DNA of 64,000 bases from an uncultured Thiomicrospira sp. (GTDB lineage Bacteria > Pseudomonadota > Gammaproteobacteria > CAKMZV01), in contig OZ239628.1 in the NCBI GenBank assembly GCA_965195345.1, positions 640,001 through 704,000 of the forward strand, read 5' to 3'. Shown piece by piece: positions 1 to 9,444 of this stretch (positions are counted from its first letter, which is position 1; each line of letters begins with the position of its first letter). The notes below the pieces were generated by a model. The model ran no database searches, was not told the DNA's origin, and was given only the letters and a program-made list of their open reading frames with translations. Both the position numbers and the translations under genes were made by a program.

Positions 1-399
1 AATAAACTCCATGTTATTATTGTTAGTGACCTCTGCAAGAGGATGGTTTTGATTGGAATCGTTTTCGAAAATGACATCTTTACTTACATCAAGAAAATCC
101 GTCCAAATAGGTGGATCTATTTCAATGGAAATAGCACTATTATCTGAAACGTTTAAATCTTGATATTCGTGATGATTGAGCCACAGCATTTCTTCTGAGA
201 TCAACTCAAAAGGGGATGAGGAAACTGGAGCTAATGGTTTCTCTGATTTAAAACTAGACATATCATATGCTTTGTATACTTCTGCCGTATCTGGCAATAA
301 ATATATTTCATCTTCAAATTGAGATGCAGACGGATTATTCATCATTGACATCAAAGAATCTGGGAATGATAGGTCATTAGCTGGTGTTTTATCGTACAT
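1..399 (-). CDS. Partial ORF (runs off window edge) in the ftsL position; acidic low-complexity N-terminal region, function unknown
   Basis: Hand translation: ATG at 399-397 overlaps the rsmH 3' end by 11 nt; 133 codons with no stop to base 1 (MYDKTPANDLSFPDSLMSMMNNPSASQFEDEIYLLPD...NNNNMEFI). Absent from ORF track because its stop is outside the window. Confidence 0.65.
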   Translation of the reverse strand, partial: MYDKTPANDLSFPDSLMSMMNNPSASQFEDEIYLLPDTAEVYKAYDMSSFKSEKPLAPVSSSPFELISEEMLWLNHHEYQDLNVSDNSAISIEIDPPIWTDFLDVSKDVIFENDSNQNHPLAEVTNNNNMEFI

Positions 400-1321
400 G
401 GCTGGTTTTTGATTGTTTTTCGAAAATGGTTAATTGAGCACTTCGAGCACGTGGGTTAATTAGTAGTTCTTCTTTGCTTGGAGTAACTTTTGTTATTTTT
501 TTCATAACGATTGGCATATCGGGAACAGGAAGTCCACGAGGTATGTCAAAGCGGTTGTTAATCACTTTATGAAAATTTTTCACTATCTTATGTTCAAGTG
601 AATGAAACGAAATGATAGCTAACCGGCCATTGTCTTGTAAAATCTCGTAAGCTTGTTTCAACACAGAATTCAAGGTGTTGATCTCATCGTTCACAGCAAT
701 CCGTAATGCTAAGAATGAACGAGTGGCGGGGTGCTTTTTACGTTCTCTACGTACACAGGTGCTGATCAGATCAGCTAGTTCAAGTGTTGTTTCGAGACCA
801 TTTTTATCTAATGAGTTTTTAATATGCGAAGCGATTTTTCTGGAATGCCTTTCGCCAGCATAATTCCAGAGTGCATCAGCTATTTGTTCCTCGGTATGTT
901 CAATTAACCATTGACGTGCACTTATGCCAGCCTGAGGGTTCATGCGCATATCTAAAGGACCATCTTTTTGAAAAGAAAAACCACGCTGAGGATCATCCAG
1001 TTGAGGGGAAGACACCCCAGCGTCTAAAAGAACACCGCTAACGGTGCTGGCTACACGGTGGCTTTTTGCCACTTCTTCTAATTGTTCAAAGTTGCATTGA
1101 TGAAAGTGAAATCGTTCATCAGACAGAGATTGCTTTTTTGCGGTTTTTGCCGCTTCAGGATCTTGATCAAGTGCAATCAATTTTCCCTTACTATTGAGCA
1201 TTTTTAATATTGCCTTGGAGTGTCCGCCTCGACCATAAGTTACGTCTATATAACACCCGTCTGGCTTAATGTCTAAGTGTGTAATGACTTCAGATACCAT
1301 GATGGGACAATGCTCGCTCAT
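389..1321 (-). CDS. rsmH: 16S rRNA m4C1402 methyltransferase RsmH (MraW)
   Basis: HCPIM, DVTYGRGGHS, DAGVSSPQLD, RGFSF..DGPLDMRM, HPATRSF, ISFHSLE, NPRARSA motifs; follows mraZ. Confidence 0.97.
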   Translation of the reverse strand: MSEHCPIMVSEVITHLDIKPDGCYIDVTYGRGGHSKAILKMLNSKGKLIALDQDPEAAKTAKKQSLSDERFHFHQCNFEQLEEVAKSHRVASTVSGVLLDAGVSSPQLDDPQRGFSFQKDGPLDMRMNPQAGISARQWLIEHTEEQIADALWNYAGERHSRKIASHIKNSLDKNGLETTLELADLISTCVRRERKKHPATRSFLALRIAVNDEINTLNSVLKQAYEILQDNGRLAIISFHSLEHKIVKNFHKVINNRFDIPRGLPVPDMPIVMKKITKVTPSKEELLINPRARSAQLTIFEKQSKTSHVR

Positions 1322-1768
1322 TCATAACTTCAAGTTTGATAATACTTCAGGCAGGACAATATTCGCATCCAATGGCGCCAGTTCATCAGTTCCTGGGGCA
1401 CATAACTCGAAGCTATTTCCCATGCTTTTCATTTCCAATTCATTTGTAATATCTGCGTATTGAAGCAGAGGCGAAGGAACATGAATACGACCCGTGGCAT
1501 CAATTTTTGTTTCAGTGGCATAGCCTATGGTTCGACGCTTTATTTTGCGGACGATAGGATCGCCACTGGGAAGATCAATGAGCCCAGGTAATATTTCTTT
1601 TTGCCAATATGTAAAGGGGTACAAGAGCAATATTCTTTCAAAAATGTCTGCCGTTATCAACAATTTGGATCCTGACTCTTCTATCAAAATTTCTCGATAA
1701 CGGATAGGTACAGAAAAACGCCCTTTATTGTCGAGTTTTATTGAGGTTGGTCCGGGAAAATAATTCAT
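1322..1768 (-). CDS. mraZ: Division/cell wall cluster transcriptional repressor MraZ
   Basis: Two DxxGR repeats (LDNKGRFSVP, IDATGRIHVP), 148 aa, directly upstream of rsmH. Confidence 0.93.
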   Translation of the reverse strand: MNYFPGPTSIKLDNKGRFSVPIRYREILIEESGSKLLITADIFERILLLYPFTYWQKEILPGLIDLPSGDPIVRKIKRRTIGYATETKIDATGRIHVPSPLLQYADITNELEMKSMGNSFELCAPGTDELAPLDANIVLPEVLSNLKL

Positions 1769-1780
1769 TGCACATTGATT

Positions 1781-1810
1781 TTACCACAAATTCCCACAAA
1801 TCAATACAAA
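1781..1810 (-). promoter_or_regulatory. Putative MraZ-binding direct repeats
   Basis: Minus strand TTTGTATTGA-TTTGTGGGAA-TTTGTGGTAA: 10-nt-periodic GTGG-type repeats just upstream of the mraZ start, as is typical of MraZ operators. Confidence 0.65.
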
Positions 1811-2050
1811 ATTGATATTTTATGGATATGGATATGTATTTACAGTGTAAAAAATAAAATTTAAATTCTATTTTTTTGTATAACCTATTGAATTTTATTT
1901 ATATTATTGAGTTTATATCAAGGTGGTAAATTGTGGAATTATCTTTTGAAAAAGCAAATTAATATTTATTGTTAGGTTGTGGCTTTTGTAGGTTAAAAAC
2001 CAGCTACAATCTCGACGCTTGTTTAATTTTTTCAAAAACTTTTTTAATAT

Positions 2051-2641
2051 ATGACTTGGAATAACACCACTTTTTTATTAAGCACACCGACGTTGGATAA
2101 TGTTTGTGCCGATGAAGGAAGTGAAATTGCTTTTGCTGGACGCTCTAATGCTGGCAAGTCCAGTTTGCTCAATGCCTTGTGTAATCGAAAGGTATTAGCG
2201 TTAACATCTAGGACGCCTGGTCGTACAAGGCACTTGGTGTTTTTTGAATGCGATTTAAAGAAACAACATCGATTTGTTGATTTACCAGGGTATGGATTTG
2301 CTAAGGCTTCAAAAAATGAGAGAAAGTTATGGGGAAAACTAATTGGGGATTATTTTGATCAACGAAAATCGCTTCGTGGGATTGTGTTAATTTCTGATGT
2401 TCGCCAACCTTTGAAAGAAACTGATTTTTTGTTGCTTTCTTATATGGAGAAATTACATCTCCCAGTACATATATATTTTTCCAAGTTGGATAAGATAAGT
2501 AAAAATGAGTTATTTAAGCAGAAAAAGCTTATTGAAGAGAGATTGCAAGGTCAGCCTATGTGTACCTTTTCATTTGGTTCTTCGGTTAAGCGATTAGGGT
2601 TGGAGGATGTTACTGCTTGGATAAACTTGTATTTGCGGTAA
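2051..2641 (+). CDS. engB: GTP-binding protein EngB/YihA
   Basis: G1 GRSNAGKS, SRTPGRT, G3 DLPGYG, G4 SKLD. Confidence 0.95.
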   Translation: MTWNNTTFLLSTPTLDNVCADEGSEIAFAGRSNAGKSSLLNALCNRKVLALTSRTPGRTRHLVFFECDLKKQHRFVDLPGYGFAKASKNERKLWGKLIGDYFDQRKSLRGIVLISDVRQPLKETDFLLLSYMEKLHLPVHIYFSKLDKISKNELFKQKKLIEERLQGQPMCTFSFGSSVKRLGLEDVTAWINLYLR

Positions 2642-2644
2642 TTT

Positions 2645-3505
2645 TTGGGAATGAATAAGTTATTGTTGTTGGGTTATATTGACCTATTACGTCTGAATAA
2701 GCCAGTTGGTATTTATCTGCTGTTATGGCCAACGGCATGGGCATTGCTCGTTGCGGCACAAGGTAGTGCTGATTGGACTATTAATATTATCTTTATTATC
2801 GGTGTCGTTGTGATGCGTTCTGCGGGTTGTGTAATTAATGATTATGCAGACAGGCATATTGATCACAAAGTAAATCGAACTAAAACACGCCCCCTTGTTG
2901 ATGGAAGATTAACAGAAGGTCATGCTCTGATTGCTTTTTTCATTTTGACCTTACTGGCTCTATTGTTAGTGTTGCAGTTAAACTTAAATACAATTTTGCT
3001 TGCATTTGGTGGACTACTGTTGACTCTGATCTATCCTTTTACTAAACGTTGGTTTTGGTATCCACAATTCTTTCTTGGTTTGGCTTTTAGTTGGGCTATT
3101 CCTATGGCATTTATGGCGTACCAACAAGAATTGCCATGGGCGTGTTGGGCGTTGTACTTTTTGAATTTACTGTGGGTGGTAGCCTACGATACTATATATG
3201 CTTTAGGCGATTTAGAAGAAGACATTGTTGCGGGTATTAAATCGACAGCCCGATTATTTGGCACCTTTGCGCATTATGCTGTCATAACGTTGTTGGTTTT
3301 TTTTCTACTAGGGTTTGCTGTATTTGCATGGCAGCAAAACGTCAATTCTTTATTTATCCCTTTTTGGATTTTCGCTTGGGTTTTGTTTGCACACCAAATA
3401 AGGCTTATGTTGTGTCGAACGCCTGAGAAATATTTACAAGCGTTTAAGGACAGTCATTGGATGGGTCTAAGCCTTTTAATAGGCTTGTTGGTTTCAACAC
3501 AGTAA
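2645..3505 (+). CDS. ubiA: 4-hydroxybenzoate polyprenyltransferase (start may be ATG 2651)
   Basis: RLNKPVG..LLLWP, MRSAGCVINDYADRHID, RTKTRPL, YDTIYA..D..ED...GIKSTA. Confidence 0.95.
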   Translation: MGMNKLLLLGYIDLLRLNKPVGIYLLLWPTAWALLVAAQGSADWTINIIFIIGVVVMRSAGCVINDYADRHIDHKVNRTKTRPLVDGRLTEGHALIAFFILTLLALLLVLQLNLNTILLAFGGLLLTLIYPFTKRWFWYPQFFLGLAFSWAIPMAFMAYQQELPWACWALYFLNLLWVVAYDTIYALGDLEEDIVAGIKSTARLFGTFAHYAVITLLVFFLLGFAVFAWQQNVNSLFIPFWIFAWVLFAHQIRLMLCRTPEKYLQAFKDSHWMGLSLLIGLLVSTQ

Positions 3506-3581
3506 GCCCTTAATATAGCAAGAGTGCTATTCATGCTATGATGCACGTAATCTTATAAGAGTGTGCTAAGCAAACGTGGAC

Positions 3582-4205
3582 CTATTTTGGTTGTTTAAGT
3601 AGCCAATCCACTAATCGAAATAATTGAGCGTTTCCACCAGCTTGATTAACTGAAGTCAAGTATTTCCCATTTACCAAAATATTTGGGACGCCAGATATTT
3701 GAGATTGTGTACTTAATTTTCTTGCTTTTTCAACGAGATTGCTGACAGTGAATCCTTTGTATATGTCTTCGAATTTTTTTTGGGAAATGCCAGCTGTTGC
3801 AAATAATCTAATTAAATCTTCTGATGATTTCAATCCCTTGCCTTTATGGATTTCGTTAAATATTTTATCGTGAAGCTGCTGCTCTACATTTAAGGTTTTG
3901 GCAGTATAGTAAAGTCTTGCAGACCAATCCCAACGCTTATTTGCGAAAGTAGCCGGTATAGGGTAGAAAGCAACGTTAGAAGGTTTTTTTCTTAACCAAA
4001 TTTTTATGTAAGGCTCGAGCTTGAAACAGTGAGGACAGCCATAATAAAAGAACTCAACAACTTCTGGACTTTTGCCATCACCTACATAGAGTGGTTTGTC
4101 AAGAATTTCAAAGTGTTCATATTCTTCCCAAGGTTCGGCTATAGCAATATTAAATATTGTGAGAGCGGTACTAAGAATAATGAGTTTTAAAACATTTTGT
4201 AACAT
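3582..4205 (-). CDS. dsbA: Periplasmic thiol:disulfide oxidoreductase DsbA
   Basis: Signal peptide, EFFYYGCPHC active site, cis-Pro loop GVP, VNGKY. Confidence 0.92.
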   Translation of the reverse strand: MLQNVLKLIILSTALTIFNIAIAEPWEEYEHFEILDKPLYVGDGKSPEVVEFFYYGCPHCFKLEPYIKIWLRKKPSNVAFYPIPATFANKRWDWSARLYYTAKTLNVEQQLHDKIFNEIHKGKGLKSSEDLIRLFATAGISQKKFEDIYKGFTVSNLVEKARKLSTQSQISGVPNILVNGKYLTSVNQAGGNAQLFRLVDWLLKQPK

Positions 4206-5363
4206 CTAAAGTTCTCCGTAAGAATGTAATCCTGATAAAAACATATTTACTCCTATAAAAGCAAATAAAGTAACGAATAATCCAACAATAGCCCACCAAG
4301 CCATAAGCGCTCCACGCATGCCCTTGCTAAGGTGCAAATGAAGCCATGCGGCATAATTTAACCACACAATCAGTGCCCAGGTTTCTTTAGGGTCCCAAGA
4401 CCAATACCCTCCCCACGCTTCGGCTGCCCACATTGCGCCCAATACCGTAGCGATGGTAAAAAATGCAAATCCTAAAGCAATCGACTTATACATTAAATCA
4501 TGCATAAGATGTAACGATGGTAAGCGCTGCAACCACTGAGACTGCGGGTTATTTCTTTCCATGCGATCTACGATTAACCAAGCAACAGCAACCATAGCCG
4601 AAATAGCAAAGCAACCATAGCCAATGAAATTCGCAGGGACGTGAATTTTCATCCAATAAGAGTTTAGAGCAGGGACTAAAGGTTGAATGATATGTGCTTC
4701 ACGCTCAAAAGTGTACCATAGCAAGAATGCAACGGCAGATGCAATAATTAGAGAAACAAAAAAACCTAAACGGTAGGTGTTATATTTACGCTGGTAGTGT
4801 AGATATATAAGAGCCGTAATCAAACAGAAAAGAATAAATACTTCATATAAACTGCTTACTGGGATATGACCGATTTGCACATCAATCAAATAGGATTCGT
4901 GCCAACGTACCAGTAAACCATTCATCCCCATAGCGGTTGCACACCAAAGCATTGCAGTTGCTGTTTGGTCGGCAAATCGAGAATCCTTTAATAACCCAAT
5001 TAGGTATGTGAAGCAACCGATAACATACAAAACACTCATCCACATTACTGAAGACTGGCTAGCTAGAAAGTATTTTAGAAAAAACGATTCAGTTGCAAGA
5101 TCCAACTTTCCGTCATATAAATTAATACTAATAAGGGCTATAGCACCAACGGATATTACAAAATTCCGCAATGATTTTTCTTTATGGCCAATATATCCAA
5201 TAATTAAGGTAGTTCCTATGAATATGCCTACTTCATAGGTGTCCATTTGATTGTAATATTGCATTAATCCCAAAAAAAATGCGATAGACAGGATGCTAAA
5301 CCATAGTAGGCTTTGCCACATTTCTAAAAAATTGGGAAATTTAGTGAGAATTTTATTGTTCAT
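4206..5363 (-). CDS. ccsA: System II cytochrome c synthase, CcsA/ResC (WWD domain)
   Basis: WAAEAWGGYWSWDPKETW, PALNSYWMKIHV, C-terminal GLHSY; multiple TM segments. Confidence 0.95.
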   Translation of the reverse strand: MNNKILTKFPNFLEMWQSLLWFSILSIAFFLGLMQYYNQMDTYEVGIFIGTTLIIGYIGHKEKSLRNFVISVGAIALISINLYDGKLDLATESFFLKYFLASQSSVMWMSVLYVIGCFTYLIGLLKDSRFADQTATAMLWCATAMGMNGLLVRWHESYLIDVQIGHIPVSSLYEVFILFCLITALIYLHYQRKYNTYRLGFFVSLIIASAVAFLLWYTFEREAHIIQPLVPALNSYWMKIHVPANFIGYGCFAISAMVAVAWLIVDRMERNNPQSQWLQRLPSLHLMHDLMYKSIALGFAFFTIATVLGAMWAAEAWGGYWSWDPKETWALIVWLNYAAWLHLHLSKGMRGALMAWWAIVGLFVTLFAFIGVNMFLSGLHSYGEL

Positions 5364-7273
5364 TTTTTGTTTTTAAACCAAGTGCGTATAATATCAAATT
5401 CTTGCTGTTTTTCCAAGCGATTTTTTATGCCTTCTATAGCAAATATTGAATAATCAGGCTTTAATATCATCCAAAAACGAGCGCGGCGGACATAAAATAA
5501 AATGAAAACCCCTAAAATTAGCATGATGCATCCAATGTATACGATGGGTTTTCCAGGAGCTCTCGTCATTTGTAACCCTGAGGATTGAATCTGTTTAAAG
5601 GACTTAAGTTGTAGAAAAACAGGATCAGGGTAATAAGATAGTACTGAAATTGCAAAAATAGCATCGTCAAAAAATAAAGAGTCTTCTTCGCTTAACTCGA
5701 GGGCGAATATATTTTCATGCTCTTGTAATGTTTGAATAAAAATGCTACTAAGAGATAGTTTTAATAAGTCTAATACGGTAGTTTCTATTTGTTGGCGCCT
5801 CGTTTGATCTGGGAGTGCGTCGAGATAACTTTGGATGCCTGTAAATCCGCTGCGGGCAAAAACCTGCACTAAATTCATTACAAACTGTTGTTGTTTCCTT
5901 AATTCGGGGTCAGTGACGCTTTCGTCAATGAAATGTGTTCTCAAATAGTTGTCGTTTCGAAGTCGGTGCAAAAAATGCATAAACCGATTCGGAGAGTACT
6001 TTTTGTCTGCTGGGATGTATAAGTATTGAAAAGGATCACTTAGCTGTTGTCGTACACCGCTAAGGAAAAACCGTCGCCCTTCGCGCTCAATGGGTAGCAT
6101 GAAGTTTTCATACTCTCTTGCTTGTCCGTCCGGACTTCTCAACTTAAAGCGAAAACTTGGTCCATTGTTATGCGTTTTATTTCCATCGATACCCCCTTGG
6201 ATATTCAATAATCGAAAATCATCCATTTCTAAAGTTAATCGGGTGCCGTCGAGTGGTTCCTCTTCATGCACAGCTATTTTTAAGGAACCTGTGGCTTCAG
6301 TAACTAAGCTCCAAATTTTAAGATCTATCAATGAACCCCCATCGCCAAAGCTGGATTGATATATTGCAATGCCATCAACAATTAATGGTTCGTTTACTCC
6401 GATAGTTGCTGTCGAACGTAGTTGCTTTTTAAGGTCATACACTTCCAATTTGCTTTTAAAAGCTTTGGGTTGACCTGTTGGATAGTATTCAACATTAAAG
6501 TCTTTGACTTTAATATGAAAGGGCAATTTTTGGACAAAATAGCCATCTTTCCAAGGCAGGAAAAGTACGTTAGCAGAACGCCCTTCTGGAATATCAACGC
6601 TACCTCGAAATGCCATGTTGTCACTATTAATCCAAGCAGAGTCAGCAATTTCATCGAGTGGTAGATTGCGAGTCTCGGCGACTAATTGACCAGTTAATGC
6701 TTTCCATTTTGTAGGGATAGCACTATCGTATATAGCTCCAAGGCAAATAACTACAACACCCAAATGAGTAAGAAAGTAACCAATGCGGTTGTAGCGTCCT
6801 TTGACGGCGCTCAAATATTGGATGTTGTCGCCTTGCTTTAGGCGTGTTTTGTAGCCGCTCTTCGTTAGCTTTTTAGTATAGAAATCAACGCTTTGTTGCA
6901 TTCCAAAACTTTCATTGTGCCAGCGCATCGTGCGCAATTGATCAATTGATCGGTTTTGATTGGAAATACGCATTTCACGAAGAAATGTAAAACTATTGCG
7001 TTTGATGCACAGTGTTGTGGATAAAATCAAAAAGGCAAGAACGGTAAAAAACCACCATGCACTGTACACATCGTAAAGACCCAATAGTTTGTAAACTTCA
7101 AACCAAAAGGGACCAAACTTTAATGAATAGTCTGACCATGGTTCATTCTGTTTAATGAAAGTACCAATAGTTGACGCCACTGCAAGCATTACTAGCAATG
7201 TTATAGCTAAATCCATGGAACCTATAAAGGCGGATAAGCGTTGTTTCATTGAATGGAAGGAAATGTGATTCAT
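5360..7273 (-). CDS. resB: System II cytochrome c biogenesis protein CcsB/ResB
   Basis: ASTIGTFIKQN, YSAWWF, GYFLTHLG, VNEPL...IYQSSFGDG, SGLQMTRAPG; overlaps ccsA by 4 nt. Confidence 0.93.
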   Translation of the reverse strand: MNHISFHSMKQRLSAFIGSMDLAITLLVMLAVASTIGTFIKQNEPWSDYSLKFGPFWFEVYKLLGLYDVYSAWWFFTVLAFLILSTTLCIKRNSFTFLREMRISNQNRSIDQLRTMRWHNESFGMQQSVDFYTKKLTKSGYKTRLKQGDNIQYLSAVKGRYNRIGYFLTHLGVVVICLGAIYDSAIPTKWKALTGQLVAETRNLPLDEIADSAWINSDNMAFRGSVDIPEGRSANVLFLPWKDGYFVQKLPFHIKVKDFNVEYYPTGQPKAFKSKLEVYDLKKQLRSTATIGVNEPLIVDGIAIYQSSFGDGGSLIDLKIWSLVTEATGSLKIAVHEEEPLDGTRLTLEMDDFRLLNIQGGIDGNKTHNNGPSFRFKLRSPDGQAREYENFMLPIEREGRRFFLSGVRQQLSDPFQYLYIPADKKYSPNRFMHFLHRLRNDNYLRTHFIDESVTDPELRKQQQFVMNLVQVFARSGFTGIQSYLDALPDQTRRQQIETTVLDLLKLSLSSIFIQTLQEHENIFALELSEEDSLFFDDAIFAISVLSYYPDPVFLQLKSFKQIQSSGLQMTRAPGKPIVYIGCIMLILGVFILFYVRRARFWMILKPDYSIFAIEGIKNRLEKQQEFDIIRTWFKNKK

Positions 7274-7438
7274 ATGCTTTTTAATACATTATCAAGTGTT
7301 TAGGTCGTTCACTAAGTCATTTCGAATTAGCTCATTTACGAAGCAGTGAGGATTTTTTTGCAAATAGTGTGCAATAAAAATCACATGCTCTGCTTGGGGA
7401 AACAAATGGTTTTTATTTGTCAATTTAGTGGGAATTAG

Positions 7439-8872
7439 TCATTCGTAGCGCTGATCTGTCAGTGTATTTAAGAATGCAACCAGTGCATCTATTTGAGTAT
7501 CCGTTAAATTTCTCATGCCTAATCGCGTGTTGTCTACTGAAGCGGGAAATTCTGGGTTACCCCAAGGCTGTCCTGTTTCTGGATTATTTGGAATTCGATT
7601 GCGAGCAGCAGTGCCAGCATTCACATAAAATTGTATTACTGTACGCAAGCTTACAAACACACCGTTGTGCATGAACGGAGCAGTCACAGCTACATTTCGT
7701 AATGAAGGTGTTTTGAATCGTCCATCCAGATTCACATTGTTTAAAGTAGCGCCAACGCCTCTATCGGAAATGGCAGCAGGGTTAGCATTAGTTAGGGTGC
7801 TGTTGGTGGGTAAGCCAATATTGCGGTAGTTAAAGTTGGAGAAAGCTTGTTGTGGCGTGTTGGCATTGCTTTGCTCTGCAATATGACAACGTCTACAGCT
7901 GGTGGCATTTCCAAAAAATAAATTTCTTCCTTCTATCTCTTGCGCTGTAAGGGTTGCAGCTCCAGTTAAAGAGCGATCAAACTTAGAATCAAATGTGGAA
8001 AATTGCGTACTTTGACGCTCAAAATCCGCTATGACGGATGTTACTGCATTTAATGCTGTTAGTGTGCTGTCTAGGACAGTACTACCAAAATGTTCCCTAA
8101 GGTTGTTTACATAAATACTGTTTTCGTTGATTCGCGCAACAATCTCTTGCACATTAGGTAATTGCAATTCCACACTATTTGTAAAAGGCCCTGCTGCTTG
8201 GGCTTCTAAAGTGGCTGAACGACCATCCCAAAATTGTCCACCTTGAGGGTTATTGCCATTATTACTGAAAGCTGGAATTAGGTTTGCGTAATTTATGGAT
8301 GGACTGTTTCGTGTGCCTAAAGCTACACCATCTTGACCTATTGACACGGCTTTACCGATCACAGAATCGGTTCGAGTGTCAGAAAAAGCATGGTTTGCAT
8401 CGTGACAAGTAGCGCATGACTGCGTGCGATCGCGTGAGAAATTCACATCATTGAAAATCATTTCTCCTAAAACTGCACGAGATAGGATTAGGCTTGAGGA
8501 GGAGTTAACCGTAACATTGATAGTGTCAGTGCTGGTTATATTTCCATCGCTAACAACGAGCTGTATGTTGTAAGAACCAGATATATTTGGAGTAAACGAG
8601 GTATTTAGTGAAGTTGCATTATTCAGATTTACTACGCTTCCAGTAGGAGTGGAAATGAATGCCCAAGAATAAGTAAGTGTATCGCCATCAGGATCAGTGC
8701 TTAATGAGGCTGACAAAGTGATGGTTGCGCCCACGGTGGAACTTTGATCAAGACCTGCATTTGCAACAGGGGATTGGTTGCCGGTAGAAGTATTAGGCTG
8801 TTCGTTGCCTGTGTTGTTACCACAACCTGTTAAAAATATACAAATAAGTGTTGCTAAACTAAAATGACGCAT
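7439..8872 (-). CDS. Lipoprotein di-haem cytochrome c peroxidase (CcP/MauG family) with N-terminal PKD/Ig-like domain
   Basis: Lipobox FLTGC; PVANAG..DPDGDTLTYSW; haem motifs CATCH and CRRCH; RNSPS, QFWDGR, FKTPSLRNVAVTAPFMHNG. Confidence 0.88.
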   Translation of the reverse strand: MRHFSLATLICIFLTGCGNNTGNEQPNTSTGNQSPVANAGLDQSSTVGATITLSASLSTDPDGDTLTYSWAFISTPTGSVVNLNNATSLNTSFTPNISGSYNIQLVVSDGNITSTDTINVTVNSSSSLILSRAVLGEMIFNDVNFSRDRTQSCATCHDANHAFSDTRTDSVIGKAVSIGQDGVALGTRNSPSINYANLIPAFSNNGNNPQGGQFWDGRSATLEAQAAGPFTNSVELQLPNVQEIVARINENSIYVNNLREHFGSTVLDSTLTALNAVTSVIADFERQSTQFSTFDSKFDRSLTGAATLTAQEIEGRNLFFGNATSCRRCHIAEQSNANTPQQAFSNFNYRNIGLPTNSTLTNANPAAISDRGVGATLNNVNLDGRFKTPSLRNVAVTAPFMHNGVFVSLRTVIQFYVNAGTAARNRIPNNPETGQPWGNPEFPASVDNTRLGMRNLTDTQIDALVAFLNTLTDQRYE

Positions 8873-9069
8873 CCTATGTATTTTACCCGATTAATTTTTG
8901 CCAAATCATTTACCAAGGCAATAAAATGAATAATCCAGTTGTAACTGCTGAGTGTATAGTCTTATTCTCATAGGCATGTTTTGCTTATGAAAAGATCAGG
9001 TACTATGCATAATGAAGGGTGTCACAAGATTAAAGTTAGCAAAACTACCGTTGACTTTATGTAATTTAC

Positions 9070-9098
9070 TTGACATTTCAAGGTTTTTGGGTTATCTT
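9070..9098 (+). promoter_or_regulatory. Putative sigma70 promoter for hfq
   Basis: TTGACA (9070-9075), 17-nt spacer, TATCTT (9093-9098), about 85 nt upstream of hfq. Confidence 0.6.
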
Positions 9099-9181
9099 CT
9101 ATAGGTTTAGGTTCGGCATGATTAGAGTACGTTGCATGCTGTTTAACAAAAATAAATTAAAAATAAGAAAAAATGTAGCCT

Positions 9182-9412
9182 ATGTCTAAAAATAATCTAC
9201 AAGATGAGTTTTTGAATGCTTTGCGGGTGGAAAAAATACTGGTGTCTGTTTATTTGGTAAATGGTATAAAATTGCAAGGGAGAGTGGCTCGTTTTGACGC
9301 TTTTGTTATTTCCCTTGAAAACAATATTGTGCAACTCATCTATAAGCACGCTATTTCATCAATTGTGCCTTCTCGAAACCCATCAATCTCAACGCCAAAA
9401 GCATCTTCGTAA
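9182..9412 (+). CDS. hfq: RNA chaperone Hfq (short C-terminal tail)
   Basis: [34 protein letters not shown]. Confidence 0.97.
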   Translation: MSKNNLQDEFLNALRVEKILVSVYLVNGIKLQGRVARFDAFVISLENNIVQLIYKHAISSIVPSRNPSISTPKASS

Positions 9413-9444
9413 AAAAAGAACTGAACGATTACCTATTTAATTAA

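Noticed and set aside
3506-3581. ATAGCA-AGAG-TGCTAT palindrome, CIRCE-like
   Set aside because: Does not fit TTAGCACTC-N9-GAGTGCTAA and lies between convergent 3' ends.
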